Below, one piece after another: positions 9,416 through 19,868 of a DNA stretch of 64,000 bases. A program made the translations under genes and the position numbers. How positions within the stretch are numbered: the first letter of the stretch is position 1; every line of letters starts with the position of its first letter. Source of the DNA: Tubiluchus corallicola (Eukaryota > Animalia > Priapulida); NCBI GenBank assembly GCA_030141605.1, contig JAQGDQ010000191.1, forward strand, positions 1 to 64,000, read 5' to 3'. The notes beneath the pieces were generated by a model. It was given only the letters and a program-made list of their open reading frames with translations, was not told the origin of the DNA and did no database searches.

Positions 9416-12319
9416 ATGAGCAATCAACTAAAAATGGACAGAGAGGACAGCGAAGCAGATGACAGTGACACAGAAGATGAATTCAATGAAAAGAAAGAGC
9501 AAGGATGGACTGCACTTCACGAATCTGTTTATGAGAACGACGTTAGCGCAGTGCGCCATCTACTGGCAGAAGGACATTCTGTTGGAGGACAATCTGGCAT
9601 TCTGTCAAAGCGAACACCTCTCATGATAGCATCAGCCAAGGGGTATATGAGTATAGTGCAGTTGTTATTGGAGCATGAAAATAAACTTTCAAGTTGTGAA
9701 GAGAGACAAATAAACTGCAAGGATTATGATGGACGAACACCCTTACACCATGCAGCACAGCACGACTGTGCAATTGCAGTATTTTTATTAAACCATGGAG
9801 CACCGCTAGATGTTAAAGATAATTATGGTTATTCGCCCCTTCATCTTGCGGTTGAAAGTGGACACGTCGACATTGTTCACTTGTTACTAAATCGTGGAGC
9901 TCAAGTTGACTGCGCAAACAACGAAGGCGAAACACCTCTACACACGGCTGCTGAAGAAGGGCACGTTGACGTAGTCGAGATGCTACTGAAACACGGTGCG
10001 GCAGCTGACAGACGAACAAAACGGCAAGGATTCACACCGCTTCATAAAGCAGCTGGCAAAGGATATGATAAAATAGTCGAGATACTACTGGACAGTGGAA
10101 TACAAATTGACTGTGCAGATGATGGTGGAAATACTCCTCTCCATGATGCAGCTGATTTTCAACACGCTGATATAGTCAAGATGTTACTAGATCGTGGAGC
10201 ACAAATAAATGTTAGAAATACCGGTGGAAGTACCGCGTTACACCGGGCAGCAATAATGAACAGCCGTTGCGATATTGTCAAGTTGTTATTAGACCGGAGC
10301 AGTGGAGCTTTAGTTGAATGCCGTGACGACGACGGCAACACGGCTTTGCATCGTACAGCAACTTACAGTCTTTGTCCTGACATAGCAAAGGTGCTATTAG
10401 ATTTTAAAGCAACAATTGGATGCAGAAACAAAGACGGAGAGACGCCTTTACATTTAGCGTGTGCGTACGATCGCACAGAGCTGATCAGGTTTCTTGTGGA
10501 TGCTGGAGCTGATGTAGATGCCATCAATGATAAAGGTCAAATGCCTCTTCATCTTGCAGTTAGTTATTCTCGTTCACTCGACATTATTAAACTTCTGTTG
10601 AGCAAAACGAAAACTATAAACCAGACTGATGATTGTGGTATGACACCTTTGCACTACATTTACAATCGACCTACAGTTATTTTAAACATTGATGTGGTAA
10701 GGGATTTCATTCGTCTTGGAGCCAACACAGACATAGTCAGTAATGATGGTCAGACCATTAAAGACCAGCTAGTCGAACGTGGAAATTTTGGCAAAGACAA
10801 TAACAAAGTCGTCCGGCGAGTTATAGGTCAGCTTTATCAACATCAGTATTTTAAAACCTGCAAAACATTCTCAGTAGCGTCAGCTGATCAAGATGCGTTC
10901 AAATTTGACTGCATTAATTCACTCCTCGGCGGCAGAGATAATCATATAACCAACCTGCTGCTTGTTGGTAACTTAGTAGAACCGGAAGAGTGTGATAAAA
11001 TTAAAAACTCTGTTGATTCACTGATAAGGAATGTTTGCAGTAGGATCAAAGGGTTAGAACCAGAGCTTGAAGGTGAAGCTATGTTGATTGGAAGCAGCTC
11101 ATGTGGGATAAAGTGCTGGTTACCGGACGAATTCGATTACTTCTTTGTGTTAACAACATTGAGTGAAAAAGTTACAATTGAAGCAAACAAGGACGGATAT
11201 GCGAAAGTAAGAGTGAACGATGATTTGTGCAAAAGTATGAAAAACTATGTTAGCGACGGATATCTTCAAATCCAAATAAAAGATATGTTTGCTGACGTGC
11301 TCTGCAGAGCCATGTCTGAAGCTTACCAGTCGACAATCAATCAAAGATCTCAATCTGACACATCGCTTTCAGACTTTGAACTTTTCCCAGTGCAGGATTC
11401 CATAATAGAGTGGAACAAGGTTTGCACCACATTCAACGTAATTGTTCAAGGCTCCTTCTACAAACAGCTGAAAATATCTGTCGATGTCTCGCCAGCTTTA
11501 AGGGTATCTGGTGGACCGCCAGGAGCAATATTGTCACGTCTTTCTCAAATATCGAATTTGGAATATCATGTAGTGCCAAAACCGGCGGAAGACGCTAGCA
11601 TTCAAAAACTTTCAGAGGAGTGGACGACAACTTCGACGATAAGCACCAGTTCTCCTGAAAGCAAAGTCATTCAACTGACTTCCCAGCGTAGCAAAGACGT
11701 AATGATAATACTGAAAACTTTGATGAAAGAGTACGTGTACAACGTCAAGTTGCCAAAAGCCGTTGCCAACTCGTGGATGGAAGAGCAAAAGAAGCAGCTG
11801 GAGGAGAAGAAAGATCGAGAGTCGGAATCGGGAATAGATATGCCCTATAAGTTGTTTTTAATGGCGAAACGTTACCCAGGCGATATGATAGACTCCTATA
11901 CCATAAAGACGGCATTCCTTCAAGAACTCTGGAGAAGCGGTGAGCCAAAGGACGAAGCAGAAATTGAAGAAAGAGTGCAGAGCATACTAGGGTACATCTC
12001 GTCATGCTGCAGGAATCGTTACATGCCTCATTACTTACTTAATGATTTTAACATATTAGAAAGCTTGAATGATAAATTAATCCAAAGTCAACCGCTGCCA
12101 TTCCTCATGGAAAAATGTGCGGCTGCTATTAAGCAGCATATAACCACTGATGGAGTGCCTACACACAAGTGCTTGATGAGCATAGATGCAGACGATGTGT
12201 ACGCAAACATGGAGCTAGCCCGACGCGAGCGAGACATATTTTATTGGAGTGAAACAATTGCTAACAAAAAAATATGGCAGGAGCTAGAGAAAGGTTGGCA
12301 AGAAGAGTTCAGTGAGTGA
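9416..12319 (+). CDS. Ankyrin-repeat cGAS-like receptor (ANK x~12 + Mab-21/cGAS-type nucleotidyltransferase), 967 aa in one coding exon
   Basis: About twelve G-x-T/S-P/A-L-H-type ankyrin repeats (aa ~30-445). Then LIGSSSCGIKCWLPDEFDYFFVL (GS + E-F-D), ISVDVSPAL (third Asp), SYTIKT and MPHYLLNDFNIL, which are Mab-21 family C-lobe motifs. An acceptor-like cag| at 9403 suggests an upstream exon. Confidence 0.9.
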   Translation: MSNQLKMDREDSEADDSDTEDEFNEKKEQGWTALHESVYENDVSAVRHLLAEGHSVGGQSGILSKRTPLMIASAKGYMSIVQLLLEHENKLSSCEERQINCKDYDGRTPLHHAAQHDCAIAVFLLNHGAPLDVKDNYGYSPLHLAVESGHVDIVHLLLNRGAQVDCANNEGETPLHTAAEEGHVDVVEMLLKHGAAADRRTKRQGFTPLHKAAGKGYDKIVEILLDSGIQIDCADDGGNTPLHDAADFQHADIVKMLLDRGAQINVRNTGGSTALHRAAIMNSRCDIVKLLLDRSSGALVECRDDDGNTALHRTATYSLCPDIAKVLLDFKATIGCRNKDGETPLHLACAYDRTELIRFLVDAGADVDAINDKGQMPLHLAVSYSRSLDIIKLLLSKTKTINQTDDCGMTPLHYIYNRPTVILNIDVVRDFIRLGANTDIVSNDGQTIKDQLVERGNFGKDNNKVVRRVIGQLYQHQYFKTCKTFSVASADQDAFKFDCINSLLGGRDNHITNLLLVGNLVEPEECDKIKNSVDSLIRNVCSRIKGLEPELEGEAMLIGSSSCGIKCWLPDEFDYFFVLTTLSEKVTIEANKDGYAKVRVNDDLCKSMKNYVSDGYLQIQIKDMFADVLCRAMSEAYQSTINQRSQSDTSLSDFELFPVQDSIIEWNKVCTTFNVIVQGSFYKQLKISVDVSPALRVSGGPPGAILSRLSQISNLEYHVVPKPAEDASIQKLSEEWTTTSTISTSSPESKVIQLTSQRSKDVMIILKTLMKEYVYNVKLPKAVANSWMEEQKKQLEEKKDRESESGIDMPYKLFLMAKRYPGDMIDSYTIKTAFLQELWRSGEPKDEAEIEERVQSILGYISSCCRNRYMPHYLLNDFNILESLNDKLIQSQPLPFLMEKCAAAIKQHITTDGVPTHKCLMSIDADDVYANMELARRERDIFYWSETIANKKIWQELEKGWQEEFSE

Positions 12320-12475
12320 TCTAACAGTTGCAGGTCAAAGACTTTAATTGATATTGCTGCAATTTGACAGAACTGCAAATACAAATATATCAGAGCTTGT
12401 ATTACTCTTTGACTCAATTTACAAACTCGCTGAAGTTGCTAATGAAGCTGATTTCTTACAAGGATGTCGCCAGGT

Positions 12476-12736
12476 AAGACACTCTATTAATGCCTCCTTG
12501 AGTCTATTGAAAACCAGAGATTTATTTTGATGAGAGGTGCTCAACAACTCTGGAGAAGTCGTGAGAGTCATAGGAGATTCATATAGAGTCATACTATGAG
12601 AGTCATGATTTTGGCATTAATAGCTGTGAAGTGGTTACAAAGAGTCAGTTGTCCCAAAACATGCATATATCAAATAAATGCAGTATGACTGAATCTTAGA
12701 AACTAAATGGCAAGAGAGTCCACAGACACTATTACA
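12476..12736 (+). repeat. ~260-bp unit, inverted at 13911-14170 and direct at ~31256-31502
   Basis: AGACACTCTAT...GAGAGGTGCTCAACAACTCT...CAAATAAATGCAGTATGA...GAGAGTCCACAGA; its reverse complement reads at 13911-14170. Confidence 0.85.
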
Positions 12737-13322
12737 GTTTTCCCTTTCAAGGAAGTAGTGTGATCAGTTGCGGCTCATAGCTAAAATTACCGAGGGTGCT
12801 GCTTCACACAGACACTATTACAGTTTTCCCTTTCAAGGAAGTAGTGTGATCAGTTGCGGCTCATAGCTGAAATTACCGAGGGTGCTGCTTCACACAGACA
12901 CTATTATAGTTCTCTCTTTCAAGGAAGTAGTGCGATCAGTTTCGGCTCATAGCTAAAATTACTGAGGGTGCTGCTTCACACAGACACTATTATAGTTCTC
13001 TCTTTCAAGGAAGTAGGGCGATCAGTGGCGCCTCATAGCTAAAATTACCGAAGGTGCTGCTTCACACAGACACTATTATAGTTCTCTCTTTCAAGGAAGT
13101 AGTGCGATCAGTTTCGGCTCATAGCTAAAATTACTGAGGGTGCTGCTTCACACAGACACTATTATAGTTCTCTCTTTCAAGGAAGTAGTGCGATCAGTTT
13201 CGGCTCATAGCTAAAATTACTGAGGGTGCTGCTTCACACAGACACTATTATAGTTTTCTCTTTCAAGGAAGTAGTGTGATCAGTGGCGCCTCGTAGCTAA
13301 AATTACCGGGGGTGCTGCTTCA
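12721..13322. repeat. 86-bp minisatellite, 7 copies
   Basis: CACAGACACTATTA...GGTGCTGCTTCA at 12721, 12807, 12893 etc.; ~1.3 inverted copies at 32374-32488. Confidence 0.95.
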
Positions 13323-14304
13323 GAAATTTTTTAGCCAAAGTTGTTTAATACTGTGTAAAACGAAACAAACATATCAAATTTTAATGTTGCAATTGTAATT
13401 TTAAACAAACCAATATGTGAAAGTATATACGTAAACTTGATAAAATCCTAATCACAAAAAAGTATTTTTTCCACACTAATAGCCTAAATTGTTGCAGTTC
13501 AATCTTGATCCATTCACAGTAAGCACGTGACAACTGACAACAAACTGTGTGAGCGAGAGTACTTTTTCTACCTGGGATCAGACATGTGCGCATGACCGCA
13601 AACGCACAACTGTTACAGCCAAACACCTCGTTGCTGGAGCGCAATGTGCTGAGCTATGAAGCAAACACCACTGCCCTCACATGCTCTGGTTTTGTACAGG
13701 TATAAGGAAAGAACTAAAGAAAAGACTCGTTATAGTTGTGAATATTATCAATAATACTGAGTGAAAATATGCAAAGACACTGGTAAAGACATTGATCACA
13801 CTTGTTGCTTTAGAATAAGTTGCAGTGTAACATAAAACTTTGTTACGTCAATACAAATAATAATTCCTCTCTATAAACACATACGTTTATAAGTGCAAAT
13901 GCACTGCAAATGTAATATTCTCTGTGGACTCTCTTACCATTTAGTATCTAAGATTCATTCATACTGCATTTATTTGATGTATAGATTTTTTGGGACAACT
14001 GACTCTTTGTAACCACTTCAGCTATTAATGCCAAAATCATGACTCTCATAGTACGACTCTATATGAGTCTCATATGACTTTCATGACTTCTCTAGAGTTG
14101 TTGAGCACCTCTCAGCAAAATAAATCTCTGCTTTTCGATAGACTCAAGGAGGCAGTGATAGAGTGTCTTATAGACAGGTTTGTTGAAACTTAGTAGTCAT
14201 TCAACTAGTGCAATATCATTGGATCGCTGTTCTATAAGCTTTCGAACTATTTGTTTGGCACTATGATGATACAGCTTGCTCTGTATTGCTCTAAAATTAA
14301 GTTT

Positions 14305-14580
14305 GACCAGACGGTTTAGTCTAGTGGTAACGCGTCCACTTTCCGTCTGGGAGGTTGTGAGTTTGAACCAGCGGCCGGGTCATACCAAAGACTTTAAAAA
14401 TGGTACCCGCTGTTGCCCTGCCCGACGCGTAGTATTTAGGGTAAAAGTGGGGTAATAATAGTCTCTGTTGTGTAGTTGTAGGTTGTTATTTACAGTCGGC
14501 GATAATAGCTCTTTGAGCTAATGTTAATTGTTGACCCAAAAGCCGACTTTAAATAAAGATTATCATTATTATTATTAATA
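14305..14580 (+). mobile_element. tRNA-derived SINE with Meta-domain-like core; mirror copy at ~30845-31123 (-)
   Basis: A box TAGTCTAGTGG and B-box-like GAGTTTGAACC. Core GGTCATACCAAAGACTTTAAAAATGGTAC resembles the MetaSINE domain as I recall it. AATAAA and a (TTA)n tail follow. Confidence 0.7.
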
Positions 14581-15010
14581 AGTTATATTTATTAATTACG
14601 TTGTTAAGATGAATACTCGGTAACTCATAGCTGTACGTTGTAATCATAGCACTTTTGAGAATTAATAAGTTATTTTTATTAATTATGTTGTTAAGATGAA
14701 TACTCGGTAACTCATGGCTGTATGTTGTAATCATAGCACTTTTGAGAATTAATAAGTTATTTTTATTAATTATGTTGTTAAGATGAATACTCGGTAACTC
14801 ATGGCTGTACGTTGTAATCATAGCACTTTTGAGAATTAATAAGTTATTTTTATTAATTATGTTGTTAAGATGAATACTCGGTAACTCATGGCTGTATGTT
14901 GTAATCATAGCACTTTTGAGAATTAATAAGTTATTTTTATTAATTATGTTGTTAAGATGAATACTCGGTAACTCATGGCTGTATGTTGTAATCATAGCAC
15001 TTTTGAGAAT
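14575..15010. repeat. 87-bp minisatellite, ~5 copies (left arm)
   Basis: Unit containing GATGAATACTCGGTAACTCATGGCTGTA; the same family has ~14 copies in the right arm. Confidence 0.95.
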
Positions 15011-15761
15011 TTAAATTATTTACATAATAAGAAACTTGTGTTAAATGATTTTATTGAAATGTGACATTGAGTGAAGCCTTGTAACAGTAAAGAAACTTCA
15101 CAGTTTCACAAATGTTTTAGATGTCGCTATCAGGGGCATATTAACTAATAGACTAACTAGAGTCTAGACTATAGCCTAGGCCCCCAAAGTTTGAGAATTA
15201 GAAATTTTTTTATTCTGCTCGGAAAATGTGTATACTTTCATTTTCATATTCATGTGAAGGGTGCATTTTATAACACACCATAGGCAGTTACTGAGGCCTG
15301 CTCCTATATAAGTGCCACATAACGAACAGGTGCAAGGCATTATACGACTAGCATGCACTATGCAAATACATGTAATTGATAATGACCAGGTTAATAGTGT
15401 TTCTAATACACCACAAGTAATTATTTAATGCACTCATTACATAAATAACACAATAGAGATATGCGGGACAGAACTATTGACCAAAGGCATTATAAAGTCT
15501 TGATATGTCCCTGGTCACAGAATTGCAAATGTTGTTCTCTTCTCTACATGGGATGTTGTTACATTTGAAATGAAATTTGATAACAGATCATAAATTCATA
15601 ATAGCAACATAATGTGGCCATTTAAAAACATAGCCGAGAGGATTGTGCTACTCTCAAATACTGCGCTACAGAGCACATCAATATTTCTGATCAACAAACC
15701 AATTACAATGTCCAAACCATCTGATCCTCCAATGACCATTCGCCTTACACAGCAACATTGG

Positions 15762-15876
15762 AGTAATCATTATTTCTATGTAGTAATCATTATTTCTATG
15801 GAGTAATCATTATTTCTATGTAGTAATCATTATTTCTATGGAGTAATCATTATTTCTATGTAGTAGTCATTATTTC
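15762..15876. repeat. 20-bp tandem repeat, 5-6 copies
   Basis: AGTAATCATTATTTCTATG(T/G); only ~2 copies at the mirrored site 28855-28895. Confidence 0.9.
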
Positions 15877-15898
15877 ATTGTTGCTACTCATTGGCTAT

Positions 15899-16514
15899 AT
15901 GTGTGCTTGACAAACCAAAACTGTCCATAAGTGGGCATAGTTAAAACAATGTTATGATGTTTCAAAGTACAATGCACCAAAAAGTTGGTCAAATGTCACC
16001 TTTTTCTCTTTTATAAAAACAAATGCTAAATATATTGGACTTTTACAATCTAGCATGAAATTATCAAGAAAATGTTCAAAAAACACTAAAAATCCAATTT
16101 TATAACTCCTTACTCAGTTTTCTGGCTAGAAACTAGTGCTGCAATTGTAAAAAACTTGTTTTTTTAAACTCCGCTAGAAGCTCATGGAAGCAGTCATTTT
16201 ATTTCGGGTTTTTAGTGTTGACAAACCCAGATCTTTGCCAGGAACAGCCATCTACTGGATATAACATTATTTAAATGTGTTCTTGCAAAGTCCGTAACAA
16301 CCAACATTCGTGCGGTTGCTAACTGTTTTATAGAAACACGACAAAAAACAATGGCTGACTTTAACAGCGATTTTCTCAAGATTATGTTTTTCTGTGCGCA
16401 GCCTGCACCTCAACTTCAATGTGGATTACCTCAGCTTAGAAATAAAATACGGCGATGACTTTGGTATCAAAATGATTGCCGACTTATGGACAATTTTGCT
16501 ATGAAGCACACATT
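15899..16514 (+). mobile_element. TIR-bounded MITE, family B (mirror copy ~28222-28838)
   Basis: Imperfect ~38-bp TIRs: ATGTGTGCTT...CAAAACTGTCCATAAGTGGGCA / TGCCGACTTATGGACAATTTTG...AAGCACACAT. Confidence 0.7.
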
Positions 16515-17034
16515 TAGGGATGAGAATGACAAACTGCAAGAAACTCTGAAACAGGCCGGGGTTTTTGGGGCCACCTAGGCCCCATTGGGGTTGAGGGGCA
16601 AAGTCCCCTTGGAGCCAGCAACAAATTGCAATTTTGTGACCATAGAGAGCCTGTAAGTGGACTTAAAATATCAATTACCTTGTTTCATGCATAATATAAA
16701 ATACCCAACTATCAAGGATACGTGATACCTAATTGTCTCAAAAACGCCTAAGTACTGGCCGCTCCTATGCAAAAGTTTATAAAAACTGTCTGCAATTGAC
16801 TCAAATAACTCCACACAATTGATTCTATATTTTTATACATAGAGATCTACACGTGGTTACACTGATGTACATGATGTAAACAAAATGAAGGCCTGCCATC
16901 TAGCGGTCAGCTTGTGAAATAATGTACTGGGTCCGTAAAAATTTTCTCAACGAATTTACGCGATTTACAAAAATGGCACTACTGGTCTTCCAAAAACTCG
17001 GAACTCCGCGTATCCGCGGAAAACTCTCATCCCT
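16515..17034 (+). mobile_element. hAT-like MITE, family A (mirror copy 27703-28221)
   Basis: Ends TAGGGATGAGAAT ... ACTCTCATCCCT; the mirror copy has a perfect 12-bp TIR AGGGATGAGAAT. Confidence 0.7.
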
Positions 17035-17244
17035 TTGTAAACAACAAAACAAATTACAATGTCAAAAACATCTGATCCATTCATCTTACTAAGCAACAAT
17101 GGAGTAGTCATTATTTCTATGTTACTACTCAATGGCTAGATGCTAATACTATGAAATAATAATAACCAGTGCTCCAAAAAAGCACCTGTTAAATGTGCTT
17201 GATAAAATCTCATCTTGAATCACTAGGCTGTGAATTTATACTTG

Positions 17245-19035
17245 TTAAGTATTTCTTGAGTGTTTTAACCTATGTTTCCTTAGGTAGCTTTGCCTAGCGA
17301 AATTAGCTCCACATAGACTGCATAAGTATGGCTTGATTCCAGTGTGAACCGTGATGTGTTCCTTTAAGTACCGTAGCTCGCTGAAGGCAACACCGCAATG
17401 CTGACACGAATGAGGTCGAGGCTGCCCCGTATGTTTCAATCTATGGCTCTTCAACGATGAAAGATTAGAGAACGAAGCTTCACACTGCGAACAAGAATAA
17501 GGTTTTTCTCCTGTGTGAGTCATTAAATGCCTTTTCAGTAGGTACGATCGAGTAAAACTTGCCCCGCACCACGCACACGTGTGCGGTCTCTCCCCGGTAT
17601 GACCCCTCAGATGTTGTTTTAAGCTACCGGGTTCGGTAAACGAAGCGTCGCACAGGTGACAGCCGTGCGGTCTTCCACCTTGGTGCCTCTTCAAGTGCCG
17701 CTGTAGTGTTCCTGACTGGGAAAAAGCTTTGCCACATAGCTCACATTTGTAAGGTTTTTCACCGCTGTGAGTCAACAGATGGCGCGTCAGCAAGCACTGC
17801 TGTCCAAAAGCCGCTCCGCAAAAATTGCAAAGATGAGGTTTGTCGCCCGAATGCGACAGCTGGTGTCGATTTAAGTTACCCGCACAGCTAAAAGTTGCAG
17901 CGCAGTGGGTGCAGATGTAAGGCTTCTGTTTTGAATGCGTTTCTATGTGCATTTTCAAGCTGCTCATATAATAACATGCATAGCCACACTGATCGCACTT
18001 GTAAAGCTTTTCAGTCTTGTGATTCATCAAATGTCTGCTTAAATTTCTGGAATTTTTGAAAGCGAGTTTGCAGTAGTCACACTTAAATGGCAGTGGTGCA
18101 GGGTGGACATTAGGTTTGGCACCATTTTTGTCCAGTGAAGACTCGCATTGACCACTGGCTTGACAGTTTTTGATTTTGCTAACATGAGAAGTAAGATGTT
18201 TGTTGTAATGACCCAACCTGGCAAACGAGGCAGTACACTGTGAACACTGAAAAGGTTTTTCATTCGAATGTTTAAGCAAATGCTGCTTCAAATGACTTGG
18301 CCATACGAATGCGGCGTCGCACTGAGTACATTTGTGAGGCTTTGTTCCAGAGTGTTCCATCAAATGCTTCTTCAAATAACTGCTGCTGGAAAAAGTGCCG
18401 CCGCACTTAACGCACGTGAATGGTTTCACGCCGGTATGTGTGAACAGATGGCGTTTCAAGTGACTCGGACTAGTAAAGGCACCTTCACAATGCTGACATT
18501 TATATGGCCGTCCCTGACTCGCAGATTTGATTAATGGCGTATCTCCTGCAGAGCTCAGAGATGCTTCACTTACTACAATGTGCTCTGAAGAATCGCGGCT
18601 GTTGTCACATTGTTCAACAGTGTCATTGTTTTTCACACATTGTTTAACAGTGTCATTGTTTTCCACAGAATAACAACCTACATTTGATTGGGAGTTAGTA
18701 ACATTTAAATCAAGCCTAGCACTTGCACTATTGGCAGCATCAGCAACTGTCGATTTTCTATTAATAAAGTTACCAAAACAAGACCCGTTTTTGGAATTGC
18801 CGTTTGCATCAGCACCATCTTTCGCTTCTGATTCAACTTTTACGACAACTGCATCTACATCAGTCTGAGCGACAATTTCGCTGGATGAACGAGGAAGTCT
18901 TTGTAGACCTTGTTCTTCTGACGTATCTGCTGGTTTCAGTATTTTAATGTCGTACATTTCGCTCCCGTGATGGGATGCTTCAACCGGCAAAGAAGGCGGC
19001 TCTGATTTTACTAATGGACTCTCATCTTCATCCAT
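17245..19035 (-). CDS. C2H2 zinc-finger protein, 14 fingers (4+10), copy 1
   Basis: 596-aa ORF with a low-complexity N-terminus (VKSE, VKVE SUMO-type motifs) and TGEKP-type linkers. Acceptor ttcttgctttgcag| opens the exon at 19055. Confidence 0.92.
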   Translation of the reverse strand: MDEDESPLVKSEPPSLPVEASHHGSEMYDIKILKPADTSEEQGLQRLPRSSSEIVAQTDVDAVVVKVESEAKDGADANGNSKNGSCFGNFINRKSTVADAANSASARLDLNVTNSQSNVGCYSVENNDTVKQCVKNNDTVEQCDNSRDSSEHIVVSEASLSSAGDTPLIKSASQGRPYKCQHCEGAFTSPSHLKRHLFTHTGVKPFTCVKCGGTFSSSSYLKKHLMEHSGTKPHKCTQCDAAFVWPSHLKQHLLKHSNEKPFQCSQCTASFARLGHYNKHLTSHVSKIKNCQASGQCESSLDKNGAKPNVHPAPLPFKCDYCKLAFKNSRNLSRHLMNHKTEKLYKCDQCGYACYYMSSLKMHIETHSKQKPYICTHCAATFSCAGNLNRHQLSHSGDKPHLCNFCGAAFGQQCLLTRHLLTHSGEKPYKCELCGKAFSQSGTLQRHLKRHQGGRPHGCHLCDASFTEPGSLKQHLRGHTGERPHTCAWCGASFTRSYLLKRHLMTHTGEKPYSCSQCEASFSNLSSLKSHRLKHTGQPRPHSCQHCGVAFSELRYLKEHITVHTGIKPYLCSLCGANFARQSYLRKHRLKHSRNT

Positions 19036-19189
19036 CCTAGAATGTATTGAAAACTCTGCAAAGCAAGAAATGTAGTTAACTACTTTAATTTAACTGGATG
19101 TCAGACACTGTAATTACCTGTTGCATTAAATTGTCAAAACAATTTAAAACAATGTTCACACTGGTGTCATTTGCTGATAATTAAATGTC

Positions 19190-19868
19190 AAATTAAAACA
19201 GCAAAATCGTCCATAAGTAGGCAGTTAAGCTTTTTATTATTCAAATATCCCGAATTTCCATTTCCTGGGGATCATTTTAATACCAAGCTCATTACTCTAT
19301 GTTATTTCTAAGCTGAGATAATCTACGTTGAAATTAAGGTGCAGGCTGTGCAGTGAAAAACTTAATGTTTAGAAAATTACCTTTATAGTTAGCCATTGTT
19401 TTCTGTCGCGTTTCTACAAAAACTTAGCAACCGTACAACTGTTGGTTGCCAAGGACTTTGAAAGAACGCGTTGAAGTCTGTTTAAATCCAGCAGATGGCT
19501 CTTCCAGACAAAGATCTGGGCTTGGCACCAGAAAAAACCCAAAGCAAAACGAACTACAAAAGCAAAATGACTGCTTCCAGGAGCTATTATCGGAGTGTGA
19601 ATATACAATTTTTCACAATTGCAGCACTAGTTTCTAGCCAGAAAAGTGGGTAGGGGGTTAAAAAATTAGATTTCTAGTATTTTTTAAACATTTTTTTTTG
19701 ATAATTTCATGCTAGAATATAAAAGCCCAATATATTTAGCATTTGGTTTTATAAAAAACAAAAAATTAACATTTGACCAAATTCTTTGTGCATTCTAGTT
19801 TGAAGCATCATAACATAGTTTTAACTATGCCGACTTATGGACGGTTTTGGTTTGCAAGCAACACAAAT
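19190..19868 (-). mobile_element. MITE family B, second copy, inverted relative to 15899-16514 (mirror copy ~24265-24940)
   Basis: GCAAAATCGTCCATAAGTAGGCA at 19201 and TGCCGACTTATGGACGGTTTTGG ending 19850; internal similarity to the first copy. A fragment also lies at ~23200-23285. Confidence 0.7.

Noticed and set aside
9416-12319. Calling the gene cGAS, MAB21L, ankyrin-1/2/3 or a TRP channel
   Set aside because: No Zn thumb, no ZU5/death domain and no transmembrane segments; orthology cannot be assigned by eye.
12721-13322. Regular arrays as CRISPR-like loci (also the 46, 69, 87 and 109-bp arrays)
   Set aside because: Whole units repeat with no unique spacers, the context is eukaryotic, and there are no cas genes.
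14305-14380. Functional tRNA genes here, at 5634-5715 and at 31050-31123
   Set aside because: The cloverleaf stems do not close, and the 14.3/31.1-kb copies continue into a SINE body and tail.
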